Shown here: positions 10,883 through 20,739 of the stretch, piece after piece
How the letters are laid out: each line of letters opens with the position of its first letter
Numbering within the stretch: position 1 is the stretch's first letter
Assembly (NCBI GenBank): GCA_963796965.1
Contig: CAWCNS010000020.1
Coordinates: 13,794-77,793, forward strand
Source: Calditrichia bacterium
Lineage (GTDB): Bacteria > Calditrichota > Calditrichia > JAJRVZ01
Direction of reading: 5' to 3'
Length of the DNA: 64,000 nt
The notes under the pieces: generated by a model
Told to the model about the DNA's origin: nothing
Seen by the model: the letters and a program-made list of their open reading frames with translations, nothing else
Database searches by the model: none
Translations under genes and position numbers: made by a program

Positions 10883-13465
10883 TTATTTAACAAATAACAT
10901 TTTCTTTATCAGGTGTTGATTGTTATCAAACTTAAGTACATAAAAGTACAAACCGCTGGAATATAAAGAGGCGTCCCATTGAACAGTATGAGTTCCTGCA
11001 GTTTTTATGCCGTTAGGCAGTATTGCTACTTTTTGACCGAGAATATTAAATATTTCTACCTTTACCCAACCTCTATTTGGTAATGAGTAACTAATAGTAG
11101 TTGAAGAATTAAACGGGTTGGGATAGTTTTGAAACAAAGCTAACTTTTCTGGTACACCGAGTACATCATCATTAATATTTGTTTCCACAGAATCTGGAAT
11201 ATCATAAACCAGAAAATTATCCACGGCATCAATCCCAGCTTCACTATTTGCAACTATTGCCGCATAAACATTATCATTAGCATTTATGGATGCATTTGAA
11301 ATTTTCCCCGAGAGCGTAAGAACATCCTTCTTGCTTAAAAACAGGGCACCATCTTCATACTCGTCCAATGTGGCCTGATAAGCTATGGAATCATTTTTTG
11401 TCTTTTCCCAGGTGATACTAAGTTTGTACCACAGATCCGGATCCGGAAAAAATGTGTATAAAGTTGAGTCTGCAATTTCATAGTCAACCTTACTTATTTT
11501 ATTATAACAGCTCATTCCCCAGGTTTTCTGGTCTTTAGGGACATTTAAGGAAATGGCAATAAAAGAGGAGTCTGAAGAATCCAGATCTAACTCATCTCCC
11601 ACAACGGAAATCAGACCAAAATTCAGGGCATCAACATTCTTGAGATTAATTGATTCTGATTTGATGTAAATAGTTTGGCCAATGGTTTTACTTTCTAAAC
11701 ATGAAAATGATTTGCCTAAATAGGCCGAGGTGTAGGGCCTTTTATAAACCGGTTTCAGGACGCCAAAATCTCTGTTAACTCCTTTAAAATCATATAAATA
11801 GTAGAAGCCGCCATTTTCATTGATCCAGTTATCCCCAATCATATACTGAGATTGATTACTAAAATCGAGAAAGGCTTTTTGAGCCGGTGATGTTATTGGG
11901 ATTTCTTCTGAAGGGGAACTCCCGTAGTCGTTAAAAGCCGAAACTCTGTAGATGTATTTAGTTGACTGCGCAGATCCAGAATCTATAAAATAAGTACGTT
12001 GCGCCCAATTTACTTTGCCTACGACAGAATAAGAGCCATTCTCGCTTTTTCGTTCGATGATGAATCCCTTCTCATTATCCGCAAGGTCATTCCAGTCAAT
12101 TCTTAAACCAGTTTCACTCACATATACTGAAACACTATCGGGGGCCAAAGGTGCTGTTTTATCAGTCTGGCTAAAGTCAACTTTTAACAGGTGCATTATC
12201 CCCGGCCATTGAACTTCCATCCCATGGTGGCCCGCCTCAGATTGTCCGGTAGTAAGAATGTTTTCCTGTTGATTAAAAACATTCATATCACTCAGGTTTA
12301 TACGATGGAAATAGTATGCGTGTAAAGGACCTTCATTTTCGAATACATGGTTTTCGTTTATAAAAATGCCCTTCATGTGTCCCGAACTCCAACTTGTCCA
12401 CACCATTTGAGCAGCAAGGATTCTGTCCATATCGGAACGAATGAAAAATTTTTCTTTTCTATCCGGTTTTCGAGTTACGAAAGCAGGTGAGATATCGTAA
12501 GGCTTTAAAAGAACAACCGATGTCTCGGTGCGATCCAATTGCAATTCCGAAACGGGATCTGTAAAATATATCATGTCTGATTGGTCAACAATACGAGCGG
12601 CAATTTCCATAGGGTAAATTTGATCTGGCACCCAGGTTGTATTCCAGTTGACTGTATATGGAGCCGAAAACGCTGACCCTAAATGATGTAATACAGTACC
12701 GCTTTTATAGTGATAATGCCACTGACGGTAAATTCCATCTCCTTCATAATTTACATCTTCATAATTTCCAATAAATTGAACAGTTTTAATATTGGATCCC
12801 TTACTGATTACTTCAGCCTTTAACTGAACTGATTCTCCGAGATTGCCACCAGATGTTGGGGAAACAATTTCTCCTGTTGGATGCGCTTTTTTATCCGGAT
12901 CGTAATAAACTCTAAAATGTACCCCGTAAATAAGATTTTGCGGCCAATCCCACTCTTGAATGGGGTTTACCCTTAATCTGAATTTATTATCAAAACCGTA
13001 ATTAAGATAAGATAGCGGTATAGGGATAACGGGGTAAATATTATGCATATATGAAGCCTGAGGTTTTTTGATATGTTCAGATATGGGTACTGCTATCCAG
13101 CCCTTATCATTAATATCAATTTCCAGATCTTTTGTGCCTTCATGGCTTTGTAGTTTTTCGACAACTACTTCAACTTTAATTGCATCTACCAGGTCAATAT
13201 TTGTCCCGTGAAAAATAAAATGTCCACCATAATCCAAGTCACCACCAACACGCAGGTAACTATTAATTGAGTTGAACCAAATGTATTCACGGAAAACATC
13301 ACCGGGGCCGGGTTGAGCATACGATGTGCTAAAACACAGGACAAAAATAAGAGTTACTACTGTTTTCATAGTTATCTGTAAACACATTGGGATATTATTG
13401 TTCTCTGAATGTCGAGAGGTATGGGACTCATCGATTATCCTCTCCATTCTATACTTTGCGTCCAA
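10883..13465 (-). CDS. Secreted protein: uncharacterised His-rich ~380-aa domain, Fn3, beta-sandwich and T9SS-type C-terminal sorting domain
   Basis: Fn3 (WNDLADNEKGFIIER...YRVSAFN) and CTD QNYPNPFNS...KKMLFVK. N-domain aligns with 50862 and 52592. AAGGAGG precedes the TTG at 13465; alternative ATG at 13369. Confidence 0.75.
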   Translation of the reverse strand: MDAKYRMERIIDESHTSRHSENNNIPMCLQITMKTVVTLIFVLCFSTSYAQPGPGDVFREYIWFNSINSYLRVGGDLDYGGHFIFHGTNIDLVDAIKVEVVVEKLQSHEGTKDLEIDINDKGWIAVPISEHIKKPQASYMHNIYPVIPIPLSYLNYGFDNKFRLRVNPIQEWDWPQNLIYGVHFRVYYDPDKKAHPTGEIVSPTSGGNLGESVQLKAEVISKGSNIKTVQFIGNYEDVNYEGDGIYRQWHYHYKSGTVLHHLGSAFSAPYTVNWNTTWVPDQIYPMEIAARIVDQSDMIYFTDPVSELQLDRTETSVVLLKPYDISPAFVTRKPDRKEKFFIRSDMDRILAAQMVWTSWSSGHMKGIFINENHVFENEGPLHAYYFHRINLSDMNVFNQQENILTTGQSEAGHHGMEVQWPGIMHLLKVDFSQTDKTAPLAPDSVSVYVSETGLRIDWNDLADNEKGFIIERKSENGSYSVVGKVNWAQRTYFIDSGSAQSTKYIYRVSAFNDYGSSPSEEIPITSPAQKAFLDFSNQSQYMIGDNWINENGGFYYLYDFKGVNRDFGVLKPVYKRPYTSAYLGKSFSCLESKTIGQTIYIKSESINLKNVDALNFGLISVVGDELDLDSSDSSFIAISLNVPKDQKTWGMSCYNKISKVDYEIADSTLYTFFPDPDLWYKLSITWEKTKNDSIAYQATLDEYEDGALFLSKKDVLTLSGKISNASINANDNVYAAIVANSEAGIDAVDNFLVYDIPDSVETNINDDVLGVPEKLALFQNYPNPFNSSTTISYSLPNRGWVKVEIFNILGQKVAILPNGIKTAGTHTVQWDASLYSSGLYFYVLKFDNNQHLIKKMLFVK

Positions 13466-13601
13466 GTAATTCCTCCTTGATCCTGAAAATAAACATTTAA
13501 GAGATATACAATGTTGATATAACGCACTTTGTTCTCTTGTTAATTAGAGAAGAGGAAATTTTACAACATGAATTCTCCGTAAATCCTATCTTTAAGTCAG
13601 A

Positions 13602-14753
13602 TTATTTTATCTTTCCCAGCATCACTTCAACTTTTGGCGAATGATGTTTATAAGGCTTTACCAGAATATCAAGTAGGTCGTCTCCGTTCAGATCGCCCAA
13701 ACGTCCTTCATGGATTCCTTGACCAGTGCGGATAATTTCTTTGCTAAAATTGCCTTTCCCGTCCCCATAAAAAATGATAATATCGGCATTATCGCCATCA
13801 CCGGGAATTCCCATTTCCCCGGTAAAAATGTCCATGTTTCCGTCCTTGTCGATATCCTGTATATCCAAAGTATGACCGTGAATAATAGAATCAAGGACAT
13901 GGGTCACCCATTGTTCATTTTTCCATTCATACCATTTAATGTTGCCATCGGCATCACCGGGGCAGAACACAACCTCGATGGGTCCGCCATTAATCAATTG
14001 GCCAACAGCCGATCGGGTGAAATTCATTTTTTTGTCAATTACATGGGGAATAAATTCTACTCCATCTTTATGCTCAAACCATTTTCCGGCGCCGACAATA
14101 TCCATTCTGCCATCCTGGTTGATATCCCCTTTGGCAAGGCCTTCATCATTGCGGACACCATGATAAATCGCTGTATACTCCCACACCTCTGCCTTTTTCG
14201 GGTGTGTAGGTATTTCAAATATATAGAGGGTACTGTCCTTTTGGTTCCACGATACTAACTCCTGTCTTCCGTCAGCATCAAAGTCCCCAAAAATCTGATC
14301 ATGATGCTGGTTGTCGCCATGGTTTTTAATAAGATATCTTTTCCAGGTTTGGTCGTAATTGGGATAGGGGTTTTCCCACCACCAGATTTGATTAATCCTG
14401 GAGTCGCCACCGAAAACAATATCAAGATCGCCATCTTCGTCAATGTCCAGATAGGTACCTCCGGCTTCAATGCGCAGTTGTTGGTCATAAATAACTTTTT
14501 TGTCCCATGATGTTCCGTTGAATATATACCATACCACCGACGGGGAGCTTTTACGTTCAGTGATAACAAAGTCATTAATCCCATCCAAATTGATATCCAG
14601 GATGAGTGAAGCAGTTTGCTGGGTACCGGAATTGGGCGCTTCAATGTCATTAACGATATCCCAATCAGGTTTATAACCATTTGACGGGGTACATGCATTA
14701 AATATTAAATAAAAAATACTGAATGTTACTAACTTGTGTTTTGCTGATTTCAT
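13602..14753 (-). CDS. FG-GAP/VCBS-repeat beta-propeller lipoprotein
   Basis: Lipobox-like FNAC and repeated DxDxDGxxD motifs (DIDEDGDLD, DFDADGRQE, DINQDGRMD, DIDKDGNMD, DLNGDDLLD). Confidence 0.8.
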   Translation of the reverse strand: MKSAKHKLVTFSIFYLIFNACTPSNGYKPDWDIVNDIEAPNSGTQQTASLILDINLDGINDFVITERKSSPSVVWYIFNGTSWDKKVIYDQQLRIEAGGTYLDIDEDGDLDIVFGGDSRINQIWWWENPYPNYDQTWKRYLIKNHGDNQHHDQIFGDFDADGRQELVSWNQKDSTLYIFEIPTHPKKAEVWEYTAIYHGVRNDEGLAKGDINQDGRMDIVGAGKWFEHKDGVEFIPHVIDKKMNFTRSAVGQLINGGPIEVVFCPGDADGNIKWYEWKNEQWVTHVLDSIIHGHTLDIQDIDKDGNMDIFTGEMGIPGDGDNADIIIFYGDGKGNFSKEIIRTGQGIHEGRLGDLNGDDLLDILVKPYKHHSPKVEVMLGKIK

Positions 14754-15251
14754 GACTTTTCTCCTTTAATCTTATTTATTTTGACCGGAATGGATTTGGA
14801 GTGACCATTTAAATCAGGTGCCGTTAGTTTAACAATATTTTTACCATCTTTTACTTGACCAGCATTGATTTTTGATATTCTAATTGGTTGTTCTGATTTT
14901 GTTATAATCCTTGAAGAATCTGATCGTACAATTATTTTTCTTGTGGGTGTAATGGCGGGCTGTACCAGCGGAGGCTTATAATTTTTTTTTGAGTATTTCG
15001 AAAGAGAAGGGTTTATTGTCCAGGGAAATCCCTCTTCATAAAACCAATGTGGCACAATATCATTTACTCCTTCACCCTTAAAAAGTGGGGAGGGTAGTTG
15101 TTCCAAAATGAACCCTATGACTCACTGCCCGTCTTCCTGGTTTCCAAATTAGTTTTACATTTACTTTAATATCTTCTGAATTATTCTCAGGTGTTGGATT
15201 CGAAGCCACTTCTGGGGGTACTAGTTCATCACCAGTAGTAAAGCTCCAATC
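14750..15251 (-). pseudogene. Fragmentary ORF region including an Fn3-like module remnant
   Basis: 15251-15095 reads WSFTTGDELVPPEVASNPTPENNSEDIKVNVKLIWKPGRRAVSHRVHFGT, similar to the WSFTT...NPIPE...LSWQSG...DVYFGT module near 33220-33370. No start codon. Confidence 0.5.
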
Positions 15252-16766
15252 TTATTGTAATAATAACATTTTCTTGGTTTTTATATTTTCCCCTGTTCGT
15301 AATTTGTAATAATATACTCCGCTGGGAAGATCACCTGCACTAAATGTAATATTATGCTCACCTGAACTTTTAATCTCATCAACCAACGTGCGTATTTTTT
15401 GGCCAATTGAATTATAAATAATTAATTCTACCCAATCCGAATGTATTAATCGATATTTGATTGTTGTGTTAGGGTTAAAAGGATTAGGATAATTTTGCAT
15501 GAGAACAAATGTTTTTGGTCTTGTATTAGTTTTAGTGAATGAGGGTTCAACTGAAGTTATCTTTCTATACTCCTGATACCTTAACATTGCTTCAATAAAA
15601 TAATAGTCCGCATAAATCAGCGGTACATCAACACGAAGTTCTGCAGGCTTGTGAGCAGTAGAATGGAGCAAAATCGCATTTGTAATGTTAGGATCTGCCA
15701 GATATTTATCTGATGCCAATGATTCTAACATAGCAAATGCTGCATTTTTGAACTTTTCTTTCTCAGCCTCATTATCTGTAAAATTGAGCAGTCCAAATAG
15801 AGCTGATGCGACGATTGCAGTAGCAGAAGCATCTTTAGGCTCGCTCGAGTTGTAGGGAACATCAAAATCCCAGTAAGTTACACCATCGTCTTGTGGTAAA
15901 TTGTCAATAAAATAATGGGCAAGTCCAATATCTGTGTTTAAAAATCGTTCGTCTTGTGTATAGTGATAACACATAGTAAAACCATAAGTTGACCACGCTT
16001 GTCCACGTGCCCATGTACTCGAATCAGCGGCACCCTGGACTGTTCCGCTCATCAAAAAATTACCTGTACTTAACTGATAACGTGATACTTGAAAAGTGCT
16101 ATAATCGTCCCTAATATTATATTTTGCAATTTTTAAAGCATATGCGTTAGCAATTGATGAAAAACTTGTATCACCAGATAACTCAGTTGCTTTATAAAGA
16201 ATTTCAATATTCATTAGCTGGTCAACTGCGCCAGAGATAATGTCTTCATTATTTGCCCATAAAGATTTGTCATAGGAGTCAAAAATTTTGAGATCAGTAT
16301 TCCAACGTACATCAATATATTTTTGAGCAGCATCAACAATTATTGGAATATAAGATGAATCATTAGCTATGCTAAAACCATTTCCGTAGCTGGGCATATA
16401 TATAAGTCCAAAGTCAGGCCATCTGTCATTTGGATTTGAGTTAATTGCATTTTGCAACCAATTAGTCCAGGTAACTGCATATTTTTTCAACAAAGGATTA
16501 TTTGTATTTTTATACATATACCATAAACATCCCGGGAAAAAACCACTTGTCCACTTGTGGTCAGGGTTGCTTATCCATTTGTTACTTTGTGTGATCTCAA
16601 CATAGCGCGGAAAGCGGTTGTTACTTGTTGTATCAACTTCATTAACAGTATTTAGAACTTGCTGCTCGGCAAAAATTAGAGTTGATGCAACGCGCTCATC
16701 AAGGATTTGTGCCTGAAGTGATATTGTAAATATTAATATTATTATTAAAGATTTTATTAAATTCAT
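15252..16766 (-). CDS. GH88 unsaturated glucuronyl hydrolase-like protein with C-terminal T9SS-type sorting domain
   Basis: WTSGFFPG, PDFG, VDQLMN, STWARGQAW, DASA and YADYYFIEA motifs; CTD QNYPNPFNP. Start reassigned to the ATG at 16766 (signal peptide). Confidence 0.85.
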   Translation of the reverse strand: MNLIKSLIIILIFTISLQAQILDERVASTLIFAEQQVLNTVNEVDTTSNNRFPRYVEITQSNKWISNPDHKWTSGFFPGCLWYMYKNTNNPLLKKYAVTWTNWLQNAINSNPNDRWPDFGLIYMPSYGNGFSIANDSSYIPIIVDAAQKYIDVRWNTDLKIFDSYDKSLWANNEDIISGAVDQLMNIEILYKATELSGDTSFSSIANAYALKIAKYNIRDDYSTFQVSRYQLSTGNFLMSGTVQGAADSSTWARGQAWSTYGFTMCYHYTQDERFLNTDIGLAHYFIDNLPQDDGVTYWDFDVPYNSSEPKDASATAIVASALFGLLNFTDNEAEKEKFKNAAFAMLESLASDKYLADPNITNAILLHSTAHKPAELRVDVPLIYADYYFIEAMLRYQEYRKITSVEPSFTKTNTRPKTFVLMQNYPNPFNPNTTIKYRLIHSDWVELIIYNSIGQKIRTLVDEIKSSGEHNITFSAGDLPSGVYYYKLRTGENIKTKKMLLLQ

Positions 16767-16800
16767 TATTACTTCATCATTATCCCAGTTTCTATTGAAA

Positions 16801-17000
16801 TTATTTTTGTCTTCCCAGCATAACTTCCACTTTAGGTGAATTATGTTTGTAGGGCTTAACAAGAATATCTAATGTCCCGTCACTGTTTAGGTCAGCAAGA
16901 CGTCCTTCATGAGTTCCTTGTCCGGTTCGGATTATTTCTTTTGTGAAATTGCCTTTGCCATTACCGTAAAAATTATTATATCAGCATTATTACCATCGCT
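16801..17000 (-). pseudogene. C-terminal remnant of an FG-GAP paralogue of 13602-14753
   Basis: Reads ...GKGNFTKEIIRTGQGTHEGRLADLNSDGTLDILVKPYKHNSPKVEVMLGRQK*, nearly the same as the intact C-terminus. Confidence 0.8.
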
Positions 17001-17022
17001 TTGGGATAATCCCTTCCCTATT

Positions 17023-17068
17023 TATACCATTAACGCACTAAGTTACAACAATATTTAATTTGATGCAA
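17023..17068 (-). promoter_or_regulatory. Sigma70-like promoter with adjacent operator, facing the GH88 / FG-GAP / CTD genes
   Basis: Minus strand TTGCAT (17068-17063), 17 nt, TAACTT (17045-17040), then AGTGCGTTAATGG. Same layout as 52380. Confidence 0.55.
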
Positions 17069-17102
17069 GTTATATCGGAAGTCTCAGCAATTCACTTTGT
17101 GT

Positions 17103-17268
17103 ATCTAATCTTATGGTATTTTTAGCCGGCGGTGATGTCGCGCTTTCAGTAATAATAACCTCTACTTCAACTTTACTTTCTCTTGTAATGAACCATTATT
17201 GATGCAGACATTAGCGGGGCAATTGGTGCCCATTAATTTTCTATCCATGATGTTATCGATAATGAATG
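17103..17268 (+). pseudogene. Internal remnant of a BASS transporter paralogue
   Basis: atctaatcttatggtatttttagccggcgg is identical to 5653 onward, followed by a diverged alignment to about 5820 with an indel. Confidence 0.8.
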
Positions 17269-17302
17269 TGTATGGATTTTTTTGTTTTTTTAAAAATTTT
17301 AA

Positions 17303-17350
17303 TTGACTTTTCAGGTAAAAACAAATATACTTATAGCACTAACACACAAA
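17303..17350 (+). promoter_or_regulatory. gntR promoter with operator over the start site (probable autoregulation)
   Basis: TTGACT (17303-17308), 17 nt, TATACT (17326-17331), then TATAGCACTAACACACAAA. Confidence 0.7.
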
Positions 17351-17406
17351 GATAAATAAGTTAACGTTTTCCTTAAAGAAATTATGAACCTGAATTGGTA
17401 TTATGA

Positions 17407-18129
17407 ATGTTGGATTCCGACAAATATTTACCAAAATATTATAAAATAAGCGAAGAAATTAAATCTCTGATTAAGGATGGAACTTTAAAGCCAGAGATGC
17501 AAGTGCCGTCCGAAAATGAAATTATTGCCAAGTATGGTGTGAGCAATACGACTGGCCGGAAGGTTTTGCTGGAACTTGAAAATGAAGGATTGGTTGTCAG
17601 GATAAAGGGAAAGGGGACTTTTGTTCAGCATAAAATTGTTGAGCGTTCGGCTACACGAATACTTGGATTTACAAAAAATATGATTGAGGCAGGTCATCTC
17701 CCTTCAACAAAAGTTTTAGAAACTGAATTAATTGAGGAAGGATATAAAGATTGTATCAACCACCAAATGTATGAAATGTCCAATCCGGTTATAAGGATTA
17801 AACGGCTCAGATTTGCAGATGACATCCCTATGATGCTGGAAGATCGTTATATCTCCGCAGAACTCTGTCCTGATATCAGTAGCAAAGATCTTGAAGTATC
17901 TTTATATGAAATATATAATAAAAGTTATGGACATTTTCTAACGGAAGTAAGACAGATGATCAGCACTATAAATATTTGCGATGAAATGAGAAAAGTTTTT
18001 GATGTTGAGCAAAATATAGCTGCCTTTTTGGTTACTGGTGTTACTTTTTGTGATAAAGGCAAAATTCTGGAAATGGAAAAATCAACCTATAGAGGTGATA
18101 AGTATAATTTCTCCGTTGTAGCGAAATAA
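17407..18129 (+). CDS. GntR-family regulator, HutC/UTRA subfamily
   Basis: N-terminal wHTH (PSENEI...YGVS...GKGTFV) and C-terminal UTRA domain (RLRFADDIPM, YRGDKYNF). Confidence 0.92.
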   Translation: MLDSDKYLPKYYKISEEIKSLIKDGTLKPEMQVPSENEIIAKYGVSNTTGRKVLLELENEGLVVRIKGKGTFVQHKIVERSATRILGFTKNMIEAGHLPSTKVLETELIEEGYKDCINHQMYEMSNPVIRIKRLRFADDIPMMLEDRYISAELCPDISSKDLEVSLYEIYNKSYGHFLTEVRQMISTINICDEMRKVFDVEQNIAAFLVTGVTFCDKGKILEMEKSTYRGDKYNFSVVAK

Positions 18130-18144
18130 TTTTTTTTCAAAATA

Positions 18145-18162
18145 GATAGTGCGTTAACGTCT
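18145..18162 (-). promoter_or_regulatory. Operator copy between gntR and E1-alpha
   Basis: Reverse complement reads ACGTTAAC-GCACTATC. Confidence 0.5.
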
Positions 18163-18229
18163 ACATGCACCCAGCAGTGACAACATGTCAAGGAATAAAT
18201 TAACTCAAGATTTAAGGTAAAAAAGAACA

Positions 18230-19219
18230 ATGTATAAAAATCCCGTTAAAGATGGAAATGGTAATGGTGGCAGATTCTTTAAATCTTCATTTGAAAAAAT
18301 GTATAAAATCCGTGTATTTGAAACGGAATGTATCAAATTATACCGGCAGGGATTAATCAGGGGATATTTTCATCCTTATCTTGGAGAAGAAGCTATTGCT
18401 GTTGGTGCATGCGCAGCACTTAATGAAACAGACTATATAACCAGCACCCACCGTGGGCATGGGCACTGCATTGCCAAAGGGGCCGGCTTGAAGCCGATGG
18501 TTGCTGAATTATTAGGAAAACGCTCAGGTTATTGTCTTGGATTGGGCGGCTCGATGCACATTGCGGATATGTCGAAAGGGAACTTGGGAGCAAATGCAAT
18601 CGTTGGCGCCAATCTCCCTCTAAGTGTTGGTGCTGCATTGGGAACATTGGTAAAGGGTGAGGATAAAGTTACCATTGCTTTTTCATCCGATGGGGCGGTT
18701 AATAATGGTGTTTTTTGCGAATCCCTTAACCTTGCAGCAATCTGGAATCTGCCTGTGATTTTTCTGATAGAGAATAACCAATATGCCGTATCAATGCCAA
18801 TACATCATGCTACCCGGCAGCCTGAGTTATATAAAAGGGGTGAGGCGTTAGGCATCGAAAGCTGTTCGGTTGACGGTAATGATGTCAAAGTAATTTTTGA
18901 AACTACAAAAGCAGCAGTTGAGAAATGCCGCACCGGTAAGGGTCCGGTACTTATTGAAGCTATAACCTATCGCCATGGTGGACATCATGTGAATGACCCC
19001 GGGACATATATGCCCAAAGAAAAAAAGGAGTATTATAAATCGATTGACCCAGTGGTTAGAGGGAGAAATTATTTGAAAGAGGATTGCATGCTCACAGAAG
19101 ATGAAATAGGGCAGATTGAAGCGCGTATTGACAAAGAGATGGAAAATGCCATTGAATTTGCGAAAACAAGCGATGAATTAAGTTATAAAGAATTTATAGA
19201 TCTTGTTGCGGAGTATTAA
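18230..19219 (+). CDS. TPP-dependent 2-oxoacid/acetoin dehydrogenase E1 alpha subunit (AcoA/PdhA-like)
   Basis: [25 protein letters not shown]...ENNQYA and TYRHGGHH motifs. Confidence 0.9.
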   Translation: MYKNPVKDGNGNGGRFFKSSFEKMYKIRVFETECIKLYRQGLIRGYFHPYLGEEAIAVGACAALNETDYITSTHRGHGHCIAKGAGLKPMVAELLGKRSGYCLGLGGSMHIADMSKGNLGANAIVGANLPLSVGAALGTLVKGEDKVTIAFSSDGAVNNGVFCESLNLAAIWNLPVIFLIENNQYAVSMPIHHATRQPELYKRGEALGIESCSVDGNDVKVIFETTKAAVEKCRTGKGPVLIEAITYRHGGHHVNDPGTYMPKEKKEYYKSIDPVVRGRNYLKEDCMLTEDEIGQIEARIDKEMENAIEFAKTSDELSYKEFIDLVAEY

Positions 19220-19221
19220 TT

Positions 19222-20269
19222 ATGGAAACGCTAGTCAAGAAATCTAAGATTAAAGATGTTCTAAAAACTGATAAGGAACCTGGTTTTGAAAATAGGCGGC
19301 AGATAATGTATCGCGACGCTCTAAATGAAGCATTGTATGAAGAAATGAGCAGGGATTCGTCGGTGTTTTTGATGGGAGAGGGTATAGCAGAGCGCGGCGG
19401 TTCCTTTAAGGTTACTGTCGGATTGTTAGAGGAGTTTGGCGCCCGTCGCGTAATCGATACACCGATTGCAGAAGCTAGTTTTACAGGAGCCGGGGTGGGG
19501 GCTGCCATTGTTGGCGCCCGTCCTGTGGTTGAAATACTGTTTGTCGATTTTACCATGCTTATTCTAGACCAAATTGTAAATCAGGCAGCTAAGTATAAAT
19601 TTATGAGTGGCGGAAAAGCGGATGTTCCTTTCGTTTTGCGGTCACAGGGCGGGGTCGGTAACGGACTTGCTGCTCAGCATTCGGAAAGCCTTGAAGCCAT
19701 ATTCTATCATATTCCGGGATTAAAACTGGTTATGCCCTCCACATCCTATGATGCTAAAGGACTTTTGAAATCATCGATCAGGGATAATAATCCGGTTATT
19801 TTTCTTGAGCACAAATTGCTTTACATGAATAAAGGTTATGTTCCAGAAGAAGAATACCTAATCGAACTTGGAAAAGCTGATATAAAAAGGGAAGGTAAGG
19901 ATTGCACTATTATTGCTTGGTCAAATATGGTACTGCGTGCTTTAGCTGCAGCGGATATATTAAAGGATGAAGGAATTAGCGTAGAGGTGCTTGATCCGCG
20001 AACATTAGTCCCACTGGATAAAATAGCTATTCTCGAGTCAGTCCGAAAGACCGATCATGTAGTCATTGTCCAGGAAGCAGTACGTCGAGGCGGAATAGCA
20101 TCTGATATTGCTTCGATCATTCAGGAAGAAGCCTTTGACTATCTTAATGCGCCTATTAAAATAGTTGCGGGGTTAACCGCTCCGGTCCCGTTTAATTTAA
20201 GTCTGGAAAAACAGGTAGTGCCTCAAGTGGACGATATAGTTGAAGTCTGTAAAGAAAACAATCGAATAG
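19222..20269 (+). CDS. 2-oxoacid/acetoin dehydrogenase E1 beta subunit (AcoB/PdhB-like)
   Basis: DTPIAE, AAQHS, DAKGLL, NPVIFLEHK and DPRTLVPLD motifs. Restoring AGCT at 20244 gives a normal end VEAVKKTIE* at 20269; the track ORF runs to 20373. Confidence 0.88.
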
Positions 20270-20456
20270 TAAATAAAATCATGGTTACGAGATATACCGA
20301 GAATAGTGTGCACTTAGTCAATTCGATTATTAAAATTACAGGCTCATCTTGCATATATATATTATTGTGGTAATGATTTACTATTGTGGAAAATGTCACA
20401 GTTATTTAAGCCATAATTGATAAGCTAAATCAATAGAATTTATTTTTAATCGAAAG

Positions 20457-20708
20457 AATTCCCCGATGCTTGCATCGGGGTCAAATAATTTTCAACTTAT
20501 GGGAAGAAGTTAAGAAGATGCTCTGGGGAGGTCATTTTTGGACAAGTGGATACTATGTCAACACAGTTGGTCAATTTGCAAGTGAAGAAGTGATAAGAAA
20601 TTATGTTGAAAAACAGGGGATGAAATATCAGCAACTATTTAGCCAACAGCAATCACTGTTCGATCGGCCTGAAGATACCTCGTAGCTTGCTGCGAGGCAA
20701 TTCATTTC
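20457..20708 (+). mobile_element. tnpA: Internally deleted IS200/IS605-family element: two terminal hairpins flanking the 3' end of tnpA
   Basis: LWGGHFWTSGYYVNTVG...VIRNYVEKQ is a Y1 transposase C-terminus. Hairpins CCCCGATGC-TT-GCATCGGGG (20461-20480) and CCTCGTAGC-TT-GCTGCGAGG (20678-20697). Confidence 0.8.
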
Positions 20709-20739
20709 CACCTGATGCATATATATAAGGAAAATTGAT

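Noticed and set aside
20270..20373. Extended C-terminal tail on E1-beta
   Set aside because: It disappears when AGTCT at 20244 is read as AGCT, which gives a normal stop at 20269.
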